Positions 16,919 to 26,513 of a stretch of 64,000 bases of DNA are shown here, piece by piece. The notes beneath the pieces were generated by a model, which did no database searches, had not been told where the DNA came from, and worked only from the letters and a program-made list of their open reading frames with translations. The stretch is from assembly GCA_963698165.1 (NCBI GenBank), contig CAVOPT010000023.1:25704-89703 (forward strand), given 5' to 3'. Both the position numbers and the translations under genes were made by a program. The number at the start of each line of letters is the position of its first letter. The stretch's first letter is position 1. Origin of the DNA: an uncultured delta proteobacterium. GTDB lineage: Bacteria > Desulfobacterota > Syntrophobacteria > Syntrophobacterales > Syntrophobacteraceae.

Positions 16919-19900
16919 ATGACCGGTCACACGAGCATTACAGGTCCAACGTGCACGACGGCCAACCTCGCTCCTTCCGTCGATGAATTCGATCCCCGAT
17001 TTACAATCTTTCACGAGCTGATGCGAGAGAAGGTCCAGGAGATTCTCCTCGTTTCCACTCTCTACGACGCGTGCATCATGGAGGAAGATGGTCGGCTGGC
17101 CGAGAGGATCATCAATGAATACCGGGGCCTGAGCCTGAGTCAGCCCCCCCGCCTGAACTGGGCTTCTTCCGCCGAGGAAGCCCTCCGCTGCCTGCATCAC
17201 AAACGGTTCGACATGGTGATCACCATGCGGCGTTTGGCCGACATGGATGTCTACGCGTTCGGGGAAGAACTGAAGAAAAGGAATCCGCAGCTGCCGGTGA
17301 TCCTTTTCACCCACACGGCCCCCGACCCGAGGTGCACCCCCGTTCGGGTGAAGAGGCCCGGCATTGACAGGACTTTCATCTGGTCGGGCAATACCGACCT
17401 CATCATCGCGCTGGTCAAGAGCGTGGAAGATCAGATGAATGTCGGTCACGACATTGAGATGGCGGGGGTCCGGGTGATTCTCTTCGTGGAGGATTCTCCC
17501 ATCTACCTGTCCACGCTCCTGCCCGTGCTGTACCGGGAGGTCATGCAGCAAACCCAGGCGGTGATGGAACAGGGACTGAATGAAGAGCACAAGCTTCTCA
17601 CCATGCGTGCTCGCCCGAAGATCCTGGTGGCCGAGGATTTTGAACAGGCGACGCAGCTTTACGAATTGTACCTCCCCTATCTCCTGGGGGTGATTTCGGA
17701 CGTGCGATTCCCCAGAAACGGCGAACTGGACGATGACGCGGGGGTCAATTTCCTCTCCAGGGTGAAGCGGGAGCAGCCGGACATCCCCCTCCTGCTGACC
17801 AGCTCCGAGCCTGCCAACGCCGAACGGGCTCTCCAGATCCCGGCCATGTTCATCAACAAGAATTCTCCATCCCTCCACACTGAAGTGCGTTCGTTTCTCA
17901 CGGGCCACCTCGGCTTCGGAGACTTCATTTTTCGCCTTCCCGATGGCCGGGAGATTGCCCGTGTCTCCAACATGCACTCTTTCGAAAAGACTCTGCCCAC
18001 CATTCCCAGGGAGTCATTCTATTACCATTGGAGCCGCAATGATTTTTCGAGATGGCTCTTTGCCCGGTCGGAAATCATCCTTGCCTCCAAGCTGCGCCCT
18101 GCGACGGACAAGGACTTCTCGGGGGATGTGGAGAGCATGCGGCGGTTCATCATCTCTAATATTCATGAGCGTCGGATCCGTCGGCAAGAGGGGCTGGTGG
18201 CGAGCTTCGACTCCGGCGATTTCGACCTGGACACGGACTTCTTCAAAATCGGCAAGGGGTCACTTGGGGGAAAGGCCAGGGGGCTGGTCTTCATTTCCAA
18301 CATGCTTCGCCGTCACGCTGCTCTGCGGGAGAACTACCCGGGAGTCCGGGTCACCTTTCCCAGGACACTGATCATCACCACCGAGGGGTTTGACGCCCTG
18401 ATGGAGGAAAATGGTCTGGAAGACCTCTGGGAAACGACGCTGAACGATGGAGAAATCGCACGGCTTTTCATGGATGCCCGCTTTCCGGGTTGGATCGAGG
18501 AAAAGCTCGCGGTGTACCTGGGTCACGTACACCATCCCCTGGCGGTTCGTTCCTCGAGTCTTCTCGAAGACAACCAGAACCAGCCCTATGCCGGCCTCTA
18601 TCGAACGCTCATGCTGCCCAACAACCACCCCGACCCCGCAGTGCGGTTGGAGCAGCTCGTCACGACGGTCAAGCTCATTTATGCGTCCACCTTTTACCGG
18701 GCTCCGAGGGCCTTTGCCTTGAGAACGTCCCAAGGCGCGGAAAAGGAGAAGATGGCGATCATCATCCAGAGGCTCATCGGCAAGCGCCAGGGGGACTATT
18801 TCTATCCTGCCATTTCCGGTGTGGCCCAATCACAGAATTATTACCCTATTTCTCCCATGAAGACGGAGGACGGCGTCGCCCACATTGCCGTCGGCCTCGG
18901 AAAGACGGTCATGGCCGGAGAGAAGGCGCTCCGGTTTTGTCCCAGGTATCCGCATGTTCTGCCCCAATTCTCCTCCGTTGAAGACATCCTGCGAAACGCT
19001 CAGCGCACTTTCTACGCTCTGAAAATGACCCATGAAGAGTTTGCGCCCGATGCTCACGAAGAATGCACTTTGGAAAAGCGCGAGATAGAAGACGCTGAGG
19101 CGGAGGAGCCGGTGAGGATCCTGTCGAGCATCTACAGGCCGGAGGAACACTGCATTGTCGACGGATCCATGGGGGAAGGGCATCGGATCGTCACCTTTGC
19201 CCAGGTGCTGAAGTACAAGCTCCTCCCGCTCCCGGAGCTGCTGTCGGACATCCTCGAAACGGCCCGCGAGGGGATGGGCTGCCCGGTGGAGATTGAGTTC
19301 TCGGTGAACCTGGGTTCCCCGGAGGACGCCCGCTCCGAGCTGAGTCTCGTGCAAGTCAGACCCATGGCCAGCGAAGAGGCCATCGACGGGGTTGAAATCA
19401 GCAGCGGGGAGATCTCCGGAGCTTTCTGCTATTCCGCCCACGCTCTCGGAAACGGAAGGAAAAAAGGCATGACGGACATTCTCTATGTCAAGCCCGACGT
19501 CTTCGATCCGAGTCGTATGCCCCAGATAGCCCGAGAAATCGGGGAGATGAATTCCGTGATCTTTCAGCAGGGTCGCACCTACTTGCTGGTCGGCCCGGGG
19601 AGATGGGGCTCCGGCGACCGTTGGCTCGGGATACCCGTCGGCTGGGCGGACATCTCCGGAGTCGGGGCCATCGTCGAGACCACGGACCCACAGCTCAAGG
19701 CCGAACCCTCCCAGGGGTCTCATTTCTTCCACAACATCACGACCCTGGGGATCAGCTACATCGCGGTAAACGATAAGGAGGGCGATTTCCTTGACTGGAA
19801 CTGGCTGCGATCCCTTCCCCTGGCGGGTGAGACAACCCATGTGGCTCACGTGCACCTGAGTGACCCGTTTGTGGTGAAACTGGACGGGAAGAAGTCTCTT

Positions 19901-19957
19901 GGCGTCATTTTCATGGGGACTTCCAGCGAAGGAGCACTCTGTTTCGAATCGACCTGA
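16919..19957 (+). CDS. response-regulator-like protein fused to a PPDK_N (ATP-grasp) domain, copy 2
   Basis: 1012 aa, collinear with 12077..15094 along the whole length. Shared blocks include ILLVSTLYDACIMEEDGRL.ERIINEYRGL, GVRVILFVEDSP, NEEHKLLTMRARPKILVAE, GKGSLGGK.RGLVF, VRSSSLLED and EPSQGSHFFHNITTLGI. ATG with GGGAGGA upstream. Confidence 0.8.
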   Translation: MTGHTSITGPTCTTANLAPSVDEFDPRFTIFHELMREKVQEILLVSTLYDACIMEEDGRLAERIINEYRGLSLSQPPRLNWASSAEEALRCLHHKRFDMVITMRRLADMDVYAFGEELKKRNPQLPVILFTHTAPDPRCTPVRVKRPGIDRTFIWSGNTDLIIALVKSVEDQMNVGHDIEMAGVRVILFVEDSPIYLSTLLPVLYREVMQQTQAVMEQGLNEEHKLLTMRARPKILVAEDFEQATQLYELYLPYLLGVISDVRFPRNGELDDDAGVNFLSRVKREQPDIPLLLTSSEPANAERALQIPAMFINKNSPSLHTEVRSFLTGHLGFGDFIFRLPDGREIARVSNMHSFEKTLPTIPRESFYYHWSRNDFSRWLFARSEIILASKLRPATDKDFSGDVESMRRFIISNIHERRIRRQEGLVASFDSGDFDLDTDFFKIGKGSLGGKARGLVFISNMLRRHAALRENYPGVRVTFPRTLIITTEGFDALMEENGLEDLWETTLNDGEIARLFMDARFPGWIEEKLAVYLGHVHHPLAVRSSSLLEDNQNQPYAGLYRTLMLPNNHPDPAVRLEQLVTTVKLIYASTFYRAPRAFALRTSQGAEKEKMAIIIQRLIGKRQGDYFYPAISGVAQSQNYYPISPMKTEDGVAHIAVGLGKTVMAGEKALRFCPRYPHVLPQFSSVEDILRNAQRTFYALKMTHEEFAPDAHEECTLEKREIEDAEAEEPVRILSSIYRPEEHCIVDGSMGEGHRIVTFAQVLKYKLLPLPELLSDILETAREGMGCPVEIEFSVNLGSPEDARSELSLVQVRPMASEEAIDGVEISSGEISGAFCYSAHALGNGRKKGMTDILYVKPDVFDPSRMPQIAREIGEMNSVIFQQGRTYLLVGPGRWGSGDRWLGIPVGWADISGVGAIVETTDPQLKAEPSQGSHFFHNITTLGISYIAVNDKEGDFLDWNWLRSLPLAGETTHVAHVHLSDPFVVKLDGKKSLGVIFMGTSSEGALCFEST

Positions 19958-20025
19958 AGCGGTTTCAGCGAAACGGCGGAGAAGAGTCTGCTGTTGTTAT
20001 CGGACGCAATTCTGGAGGGCATGAA

Positions 20026-21357
20026 ATGATAGACGAGATCATGGGCATTGTGATGGCGAGGGACCCTTACGAGAAGGAATTCCATCAGGCGGTGAGAGAA
20101 GTTGTCGAGTCGATCCAGCCTGTAATGGAGGCCAATCCGCGATATCGGCAGGCGAAGATCCTGGAGAGGATCACGGAGCCGGAGCGGGTGATCATGTTCC
20201 GGGTGCCCTGGATGGATGATCAGGGCAATGTTCAGGTCAACCGGGGATACCGCATTCAGATGAGCAGCGCCATCGGGCCGTACAAGGGGGGGATTCGCTT
20301 TCACCCTTCGGTCACCTTGAGCACCCTCAAGTTTCTCGGTTTCGAGCAGACCTTCAAGAACGCTCTGACCACTCTGCCCATGGGCGGAGGCAAGGGCGGC
20401 TCCGACTTCAATCCCAAGGGCAAATCGGACAATGAGGTGATGCGTTTCTGCCACAGCTTCATGCTGGAGCTCTTCCGGCACATCGGCCCCGACACGGACG
20501 TTCCCGCGGGCGATTTGGGAGTGGGGAAGCGGGAGGTCGGATATCTCTTCGGAATGTACAAGAAGCTCCACAACGAATTCACCGGTGTATTCACCGGAAA
20601 GGGCCTCAGTTGGGGCGGAAGCCTCATTCGCCCCGAGGCGACCGGGTACGGCGTGGTCTACTTCCTGGAGGAAATGCTGGCGACCCGTGGTGACACCCTT
20701 GCGGGAAAGACCGTGGCCATCTCGGGGTACGGAAACGTGGGGACCTACGTGGTTGAAAAGGTGAACCAGCTCGGTGGAAAGGTGATCACCCTGGCCGACG
20801 AGTTTGGGTACGCCTTGGATCCTGATGGAATCAAGGGCGAGAAGCTGGAGTACATGGAGAAGCTCTGGACGGTGTACCGCAAATCGGCCAAGGAGTATGC
20901 CGACAAGTTCGGCTGCGAGTGGGTGCCCGATAAACGCCCCTGGGAAGTCAAATGCGACATTGCCATTCCCACTGCCATGGAGAACGAACTGAACGGGGAA
21001 AATGCCAGGACGCTCGTGCAGAACGGGTGCAAGGTGGTCGTTGAGGCCGCCAATATGCCGTGCACTCCGGAGGCTGTGCACGAGTTCCATGCCAGTGGCA
21101 TTCCTTTTGCCCCGGGAAAGGCGGCCAATGCAGGTGGAGTGGCCACCTCAGGGCTCGAAATGACCCAGAACAGCATGCGACTCAGCTGGACGAGCGAGGA
21201 AGTAGACGCTCGCCTGAGAATCATCATGAAAACGATTCATAACAGCTGTCTTGATGCGGCAGCGCAATACGGTTCCCCGGGCAACTATGTCAAGGGCGCC
21301 AACATTGCCGGGTTCACCAAGGTGGTTGATGCCATGATGGACCAGGGTCTGGTGTGA
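20026..21357 (+). CDS. gdhA: NADP-type glutamate dehydrogenase, copy 2
   Basis: 443 aa, with the same GdhA hallmarks (GYRIQMSSAIGPYKGGIRFHP, LPMGGGKGGSDFNPKGKS). Clearly a paralog of 15216..16565, diverged at both the protein and DNA level. Confidence 0.92.
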   Translation: MIDEIMGIVMARDPYEKEFHQAVREVVESIQPVMEANPRYRQAKILERITEPERVIMFRVPWMDDQGNVQVNRGYRIQMSSAIGPYKGGIRFHPSVTLSTLKFLGFEQTFKNALTTLPMGGGKGGSDFNPKGKSDNEVMRFCHSFMLELFRHIGPDTDVPAGDLGVGKREVGYLFGMYKKLHNEFTGVFTGKGLSWGGSLIRPEATGYGVVYFLEEMLATRGDTLAGKTVAISGYGNVGTYVVEKVNQLGGKVITLADEFGYALDPDGIKGEKLEYMEKLWTVYRKSAKEYADKFGCEWVPDKRPWEVKCDIAIPTAMENELNGENARTLVQNGCKVVVEAANMPCTPEAVHEFHASGIPFAPGKAANAGGVATSGLEMTQNSMRLSWTSEEVDARLRIIMKTIHNSCLDAAAQYGSPGNYVKGANIAGFTKVVDAMMDQGLV

Positions 21358-21535
21358 GCCCGCGATCCGAAGAGTTCTTTACGGATTTTCCCTCCCACGT
21401 GGAATGGAAAACCGCAAGGATAGTTCATTCAGGTGAATCGATGGAAGGAATCACCTGATTCTGGATGGATGAGAGAAGTTGTGTTTTCGACAAGCAATCG
21501 AAGTGGAAAGAGAAAGGAGATCAGTCGTGAGCAAA

Positions 21536-23257
21536 ATGAAGATGACCCCCAGTGAGGCATTGGTTGAAACCATGGCGGCGGAAGGCGTGAAGAATGTCTT
21601 CGGGATCGTGGGATCCGCATTCATGGATGCACTGGATATTTTCCCGTCGGCAGGCATCCGTTTCATCCCCGTGGCACACGAACAGGCAGCCTGCCACGCC
21701 GCTGACGGACTGGCCCGGGTGACGGGAAAGCCCCAGTGCTGCATCGCTCAAAACGGCCCCGGCGCTGCAAACTTTGTGTCGGCCATGGTGGCGGCATTCT
21801 GGGCCCACTCCCCTGTCGTCGCCCTCACGCCCGAAACCGGATCCAAGGGAATCGGGACCGGCGGATTTCAGGAACTGGACCAAATGGCCATGTTCCAGAA
21901 TCAGACCGTGTACCAGGTGAGGGTCAATCGCCCCGACCGCATGTCGGAGCTTGCCAGGCGCGCGTTCTACATGGCCAAGAACCTCAATGGCCCGACCCAG
22001 CTGAACATCCCTCGGGACTACTTCTACGGGGAGCTCGAGGATGAGATCTACACCACCATGACGGTCTCCCGGGGCATCGGGTCCAAGGAGTCCCTGGAGG
22101 AAGCCGCCAGGCTCCTGGCCAACGCGAAATACCCGGTCATCCTGTCCGGCGGCGGAGTGTCCCAGGCCAACGCGCTGGAAGAGGTCAAGGCTCTCGCCGA
22201 GTACCTGAGCGCGCCCGTTGTCAACAGCTACCTCCACAATGACACCTTTCCCCACAATCACCCTCTCGCCACGGGGCCCATCGGCTACTGCGGGTCCAAG
22301 GCGGCCATGCGCACCATCGCCAAGGCGGACGTCGTCGTTGCCTTAGGATCCCGCATGGGGCCGTTCGGGACCCTGCCCCAGTACGACATGGCCTACTGGC
22401 CCGAGAAGGCCAAGCTGATCCAGGTGGATGTGGATGTGACCGTTCTGGGTCTGAGCAAGAAGGTGGACGTGGCGTGCTGCGCCGATGTGAAGGAGTACAC
22501 GGCGGAGCTCCTCAAGGCCGTCAAGGCCTTGAAGCCCGCGCTTGCGCCCAATAAGAAGCGCCTCGCGGACGTGGAAAAGGAAAAGAAGGCCTGGGGCGAT
22601 GAGCTGGAAGGGTGGTCCACTTCCACCAACAAGCTCATGCATCCCCGCCGCTTCCTGCGGGAGCTTTCCCTCGCCATTCCGGAGGGAAGCATCATCTCCA
22701 CGGACATCGGGAACAACTCCTCCATGTGCAACGCATACTTCAGGTTCAGCGGAGTTCGCCAGCACATTTCCGCTCTTTCCTGGGGCAACTGCGGTTTTGC
22801 ATACGGTGCGGCCATGGGAGCCAAGATCGGCAAGCCGGACACCCCTGTCTTCGCCTTCCAGGGAGACGGCGCCTACGGGATCAGCGGCATCGCCGAAGTG
22901 ATGACGGCAGTGCGTGAAAACATCCCGGTCATCGCCATCGTGGCCAACAACCTGGAGTGGGGTGCGGAGAAGAAAAACCAGATCGACTATTACAACAACC
23001 GGTTCATCGGGGCCAATCTGCGGGAAAACCCCGACTATGCGAAGCTCGCTGACGTCATGGGAGCCAAGGGCTACAAGGTCGAGGACTATCGGGATGTGCA
23101 GGATGTCGTGCGAGACGCCGTGGCATCCGGGAAGCCTTGTGTCATCAACGCCATGATCGAGGGCGGTGAAAATGTACTCGCGGAACCGTTCCGCCGCGAT
23201 GCCCTCAAGAAAGCGTGGCGTTTGCTGCCGAAGTACAAGCATCTCAACGTGGAATAG
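21536..23257 (+). CDS. xsc: thiamine-diphosphate enzyme, best read as sulfoacetaldehyde acetyltransferase (Xsc)
   Basis: N-terminus MKMTPSEALVETMAAEGVKNVFGIVGSAFMDALDIFPSAGIRFIPVAHEQ..AQNGPG..NFV...TPETGSKGIGTGGFQELDQMAMF...NIPRDYF follows my memory of Xsc sequences (MKMT.EEA...FGI.GSA.M...D.FP.AGI.F...HE...GQGGFQE.DQM...N.PRDFW) better than acetolactate synthase. ThDP motif GDGAYG...NN. Start at ATG 21536, with GTG 21527 also possible. Confidence 0.7.
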   Translation: MKMTPSEALVETMAAEGVKNVFGIVGSAFMDALDIFPSAGIRFIPVAHEQAACHAADGLARVTGKPQCCIAQNGPGAANFVSAMVAAFWAHSPVVALTPETGSKGIGTGGFQELDQMAMFQNQTVYQVRVNRPDRMSELARRAFYMAKNLNGPTQLNIPRDYFYGELEDEIYTTMTVSRGIGSKESLEEAARLLANAKYPVILSGGGVSQANALEEVKALAEYLSAPVVNSYLHNDTFPHNHPLATGPIGYCGSKAAMRTIAKADVVVALGSRMGPFGTLPQYDMAYWPEKAKLIQVDVDVTVLGLSKKVDVACCADVKEYTAELLKAVKALKPALAPNKKRLADVEKEKKAWGDELEGWSTSTNKLMHPRRFLRELSLAIPEGSIISTDIGNNSSMCNAYFRFSGVRQHISALSWGNCGFAYGAAMGAKIGKPDTPVFAFQGDGAYGISGIAEVMTAVRENIPVIAIVANNLEWGAEKKNQIDYYNNRFIGANLRENPDYAKLADVMGAKGYKVEDYRDVQDVVRDAVASGKPCVINAMIEGGENVLAEPFRRDALKKAWRLLPKYKHLNVE

Positions 23258-23320
23258 TGCTAATCATCATCCGCATGCGAAGGTATCGTTTGAACGGCGC
23301 ATGCAGGATTGGAGGTTTCC

Positions 23321-24688
23321 ATGATCGATCTCAAGAACATTCCCTCATCCAAAGAGGCCCTCGATTCCTACGAGGTAGAAAACCTTTTCCATTCCTGGGG
23401 TTATCAGCCGTCACAGGCTCCCCTGCGGGTGGTCAGCGCCAAGGGTGTGCGGTTCAAGACCGAAGACGGAAGGGAACGCCTGGATTTCAGCTCCTGCTTC
23501 GTGAGCCACAGCATAGGCCATCAGGACCAGCGGGTCGTGGATGCGATTTGCGAGCAGGCAAAATCCCTGACTTCATTTGCCCCGAATTTTTCAACCAAGC
23601 CCAGGGCTCTTTTGGCAAAAATGCTCGCCGAGGTCACCCCTGGCGATCTTTCCCGCACCTTCATTTCCCTTGGAGGCACGGAAGCCAACGAAGCCGCGGT
23701 GAAAATCTGCCACCAGTATACCGGCAAGAGGAAGATGCTGACCCGCTACAGGAGCTACCACGGCGGCACGGCCACTTCCATGACCCTTTCCGCGGGAGAT
23801 GCCAGAAGCTGGGCGCAGGTCCTGGGGGGGACGGAGTGGGTCTCGGTTCCTCAACCCTATTGCTATCGGTGCATGTTCGGGCAGAACTACCCCGAATGTG
23901 GTCTGCAGTGCGTGAAATACGTGGACGAAGTGATCGAGCTCGAGGGGGGCGGCGAGAAGGTTGCCGGCATCATCTTTGAGCCCGTGACCGGGGCCAATGG
24001 GATCATCGTGCCGCCTCCGGAATACTTTCCACGCCTCAAGGAGGTTTGCGACAAGTGGGGCACGCTGATGGTTGCCGATGAGGTGATGACCGGGTTCGGG
24101 CGCACTGGAAAGTGGTTCGCCATGGATCACTGGGGGGTTGTGCCCGACATCATGACCCTGGCGAAGGGGGCAACCTGCGGATATCTGCCCCTGGGCATGA
24201 CGGTTGTCCGCAAGCACATCGCGGACCGCTTCAAGGAACAGTTCTTCTCACACGGGGCCACTTACGCAGGACACGCCCTGTGCTGCGCGGCGGCGGTGAG
24301 GGTGATCCAGATATACCAGGAAGACAATCTTATCGAGAACTCCGAGAAGATGGGCAAGTACCTCCTGGAGAAGGCGATGGAGCTCAAGGAAAAACATCCG
24401 TGCATCGGGGATGTGCGGGGCCTCGGATTGTTCGTGGGCTTGGAGCTGGTCAAGAACCGCAAGACACGGGAGCCCATCATCCCCGTGGGGGCGAAGATTC
24501 GCCCCGGTCTGAATCCCAAGCTCGAAGTTGCCAAGAAGATAGGCGAACTGGGAATGATCGCCATGGCGGCAAACCCGGGCAATGTCATTGCCATGGCGCC
24601 TCCTCTCATCATCAAGAAGGACGAGATCGACGAAGGCGTCGCCATCATGGACAAGGCTCTGGAAGTCGCTGACAAGTATGTAGAATAA
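23321..24688 (+). CDS. class-III (omega) pyridoxal-phosphate aminotransferase, candidate taurine:2-oxoacid aminotransferase
   Basis: About 455 aa. GGTEANEAAVKI, YHGGT, ADEVMTGFGRTGKWFA and TLAKG (PLP lysine) are class-III aminotransferase motifs. ATG 23321 with GGAGG 5 nt upstream. The substrate assignment is contextual only. Confidence 0.8.
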   Translation: MIDLKNIPSSKEALDSYEVENLFHSWGYQPSQAPLRVVSAKGVRFKTEDGRERLDFSSCFVSHSIGHQDQRVVDAICEQAKSLTSFAPNFSTKPRALLAKMLAEVTPGDLSRTFISLGGTEANEAAVKICHQYTGKRKMLTRYRSYHGGTATSMTLSAGDARSWAQVLGGTEWVSVPQPYCYRCMFGQNYPECGLQCVKYVDEVIELEGGGEKVAGIIFEPVTGANGIIVPPPEYFPRLKEVCDKWGTLMVADEVMTGFGRTGKWFAMDHWGVVPDIMTLAKGATCGYLPLGMTVVRKHIADRFKEQFFSHGATYAGHALCCAAAVRVIQIYQEDNLIENSEKMGKYLLEKAMELKEKHPCIGDVRGLGLFVGLELVKNRKTREPIIPVGAKIRPGLNPKLEVAKKIGELGMIAMAANPGNVIAMAPPLIIKKDEIDEGVAIMDKALEVADKYVE

Positions 24689-24770
24689 GCATAGATCGCC
24701 AAAGATGCCCGCGGGCATGCAGTGTCCGAGATCCGTTCCCTGGACGCTGAGCGACAAGGCAGGGCCACCT

Positions 24771-24992
24771 TCCCTCGCCCCTTCCCTTTGGAGAGGGGGC
24801 CAGGGGAGGAAGGACTGGCAAACCACACGTGGGCGGCTTAGGGGTATACGGTTCACTTAAGAGGGTCTCATATTCAGTTCCCCTCCCTTTGGCGGGAGGG
24901 GTCAGGGGAGGGGGTTCATCTCCTTCGTCTTTCACCCTCCCCCAACCCCTCCCATCGAGGGAGGGGAGTTCTAATCACGTTAAGTGAACAGC
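24771..24992. repeat. cluster of three GC-rich palindromic units (ccctccc-ttt-gg.gggaggg type) partly bracketed by a 10-bp inverted repeat
   Basis: Units lie at about 24771-24812 (ccttccctttggagagggggccagggga), 24879-24916 (cccctccctttggcgggaggggtcaggggaggggg) and 24936-24968 (cccctcccatcgagggaggggag). gttcacttaa (24852-24861) and ttaagtgaac (24980-24989) are inverted repeats. The cluster sits just after the aminotransferase stop. Confidence 0.6.
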
Positions 24993-25076
24993 ATTGGGTT
25001 TAGGACCTGAATCAGACAAAACCTGCACAGCCCGCGTTAACGGAAAAGATCCACCGAGGTTAAGGAAAATACGACA

Positions 25077-25550
25077 ATGGGATACAAAAAGATTCTCGTG
25101 GCCATGAGCAGAGCATGGGCTGAACCGGTGGTCTTCCAGGAGGCCGCCAGCCTGGCTCAGGAACAGGGCGCTCAACTGTTTCTCTTCCATTGTCTTGTCC
25201 CGGGGACGGTCGCTGAAATGGAAGAAAGCATCGGCACACTGGCGGAGCTCGAAGGATCTGATTCTCAGAGGGTTTTGGGCGAAAGACAGGGGACTGAGAT
25301 CAAACAGGCCCATGCCTGGTTGGATGGTTTCGTGAAAGAGGCCGAGGAGAGGCACATCGCGGCCCAAGCCGTCGCCGAAGAGGGTGAGCCCGGGGCCCGC
25401 ATCTGCGATCTGGCGACTCGATGGAAAGCCGATTTGGTGGTCATTGGAAAAACAAGGCGAGGATACCTCGTGGAACGTCTTGCGGGAAGCATCGCGAGCC
25501 ATGTGATTCATCGTTGTCCATGTTCGGTCCTTTTGGTCCACCAGGGGTGA
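25077..25550 (+). CDS. universal stress protein (UspA family)
   Basis: 157 aa. MGYKKILVAMS... and the C-terminal DLVVIGKTRRGYLVERLAGSIASHVIHRCPCSVLLV match the Usp ATP-binding-type signature. Confidence 0.8.
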   Translation: MGYKKILVAMSRAWAEPVVFQEAASLAQEQGAQLFLFHCLVPGTVAEMEESIGTLAELEGSDSQRVLGERQGTEIKQAHAWLDGFVKEAEERHIAAQAVAEEGEPGARICDLATRWKADLVVIGKTRRGYLVERLAGSIASHVIHRCPCSVLLVHQG

Positions 25551-25591
25551 GGCCCTATCAAATGGTGACAGGCATGGAGATGGAGGAACAG

Positions 25592-26350
25592 ATGGGAGAA
25601 AACGTGGAAGAGCGAACAACCAAAATCGAGGTGAAAAACCTCACCAAACGCTTCGGTGAACTCCTGGTCTTGAACGGCATATCCTTCAACGTTCAGAAGG
25701 GGGAATTCCTCAGCATCGTGGGGCCCACGGGATGCGGCAAGACAACGTTCCTCAACTGTCTGTCCAAGCTCATACCGACTTCGGAAGGGAACATCTTCAT
25801 CGATGGAGAAGAGGCCGACCCCAAGAAGCACAACATCTCCTTCGTATTCCAGGAGCCCACCTGCATGCCATGGAGGACGGTGAGGGAAAATGTCGCCTTT
25901 GGGATGGAGGTCAAGCAGTTTCCCAAAGAGAAGCTTGAAGAGAGGTTGAAGTACATTCTGGACCTGGTCGGCCTGACGGACACAGCGGATCTCTACCCCA
26001 ACCAGGTTTCAGCCAGCATGGAGCAGAGAATGGCGGTGGCCCGCGCATTCGCCGTGGACCCGGATCTCCTGCTCATGGACGAGCCCTACGGCCAATTGGA
26101 TGTCAAGCTGCGCTGTTACTTGGAGGACGAGCTTGTCCGCCTTTGGAAGGCTCTCAAGAGCACCGTCGTCTTCATTACCCACAATGTTGAAGAAGCGGTC
26201 TATGTGGCGGAGCGAATCCTCATCCTGAGCAACAAGCCCACCAGCATCAAGGCCGAGGTGAAGGTGGATCTTCCTCGCCCGAGGAGCCTCATTGACCCCA
26301 AGTTCGTGGAAATCAGAAAACACGTTACGGACCTGATCCGTTGGTGGTAA
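25592..26350 (+). CDS. ABC transporter ATP-binding protein (NitT/TauT family) with a degenerate signature motif
   Basis: Walker A GPTGCGKTT, Walker B LLLMDEPYGQLD, H-loop ITHN. The signature reads VSASMEQR instead of LSGGxxQR. I chose ATG 25592 (GGAGG 5 nt upstream). ATGs at 25562, 25574 and 25580 are alternatives, and the ORF-track start at 25421 overlaps usp. Confidence 0.8.
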   Translation: MGENVEERTTKIEVKNLTKRFGELLVLNGISFNVQKGEFLSIVGPTGCGKTTFLNCLSKLIPTSEGNIFIDGEEADPKKHNISFVFQEPTCMPWRTVRENVAFGMEVKQFPKEKLEERLKYILDLVGLTDTADLYPNQVSASMEQRMAVARAFAVDPDLLLMDEPYGQLDVKLRCYLEDELVRLWKALKSTVVFITHNVEEAVYVAERILILSNKPTSIKAEVKVDLPRPRSLIDPKFVEIRKHVTDLIRWW

Positions 26351-26513
26351 ATTCGCGGACCAGTGAGCAAGAAAGGCCATGGCCGCAGTCTACAGCGTTC
26401 GTTTGAAGGGAGGTGAAAAGGGCAAGGAGGGCGACCGGATTTGTGAAAGGAAGGCGGTTGATTTGGATCACCGGCAATGGAACCTCATGACATTGACATG
26501 AAGGAGCAGCAGA

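Noticed and set aside
11948-19855. Long minus-strand ORFs 11948..14041 (697 aa), 14330..15229, 16868..17977, 18260..18829 and 18830..19855
   Set aside because: All are antisense to the two REC-PPDK_N genes, whose plus-strand translations carry conserved domain motifs and are mutually homologous. The antisense translations are R/G/P/H-rich and not similar to any family I know.
12077-21357. Duplication mediated by a mobile element or an assembly collapse/expansion
   Set aside because: No transposase, integrase or long identical flanking repeats are visible, and the two copies differ throughout at the DNA level. Recent IS-mediated duplication or a trivial assembly artefact therefore seems unlikely, though read mapping is still advised.
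24645-24935. 96-aa minus-strand ORF (and overlapping 24248..24856 and 24262..24828)
   Set aside because: It is generated by the GC-rich palindromic repeat cluster and the antisense of the aminotransferase 3' end. The P/G/E-rich translation is typical of repeat-derived pseudo-ORFs.
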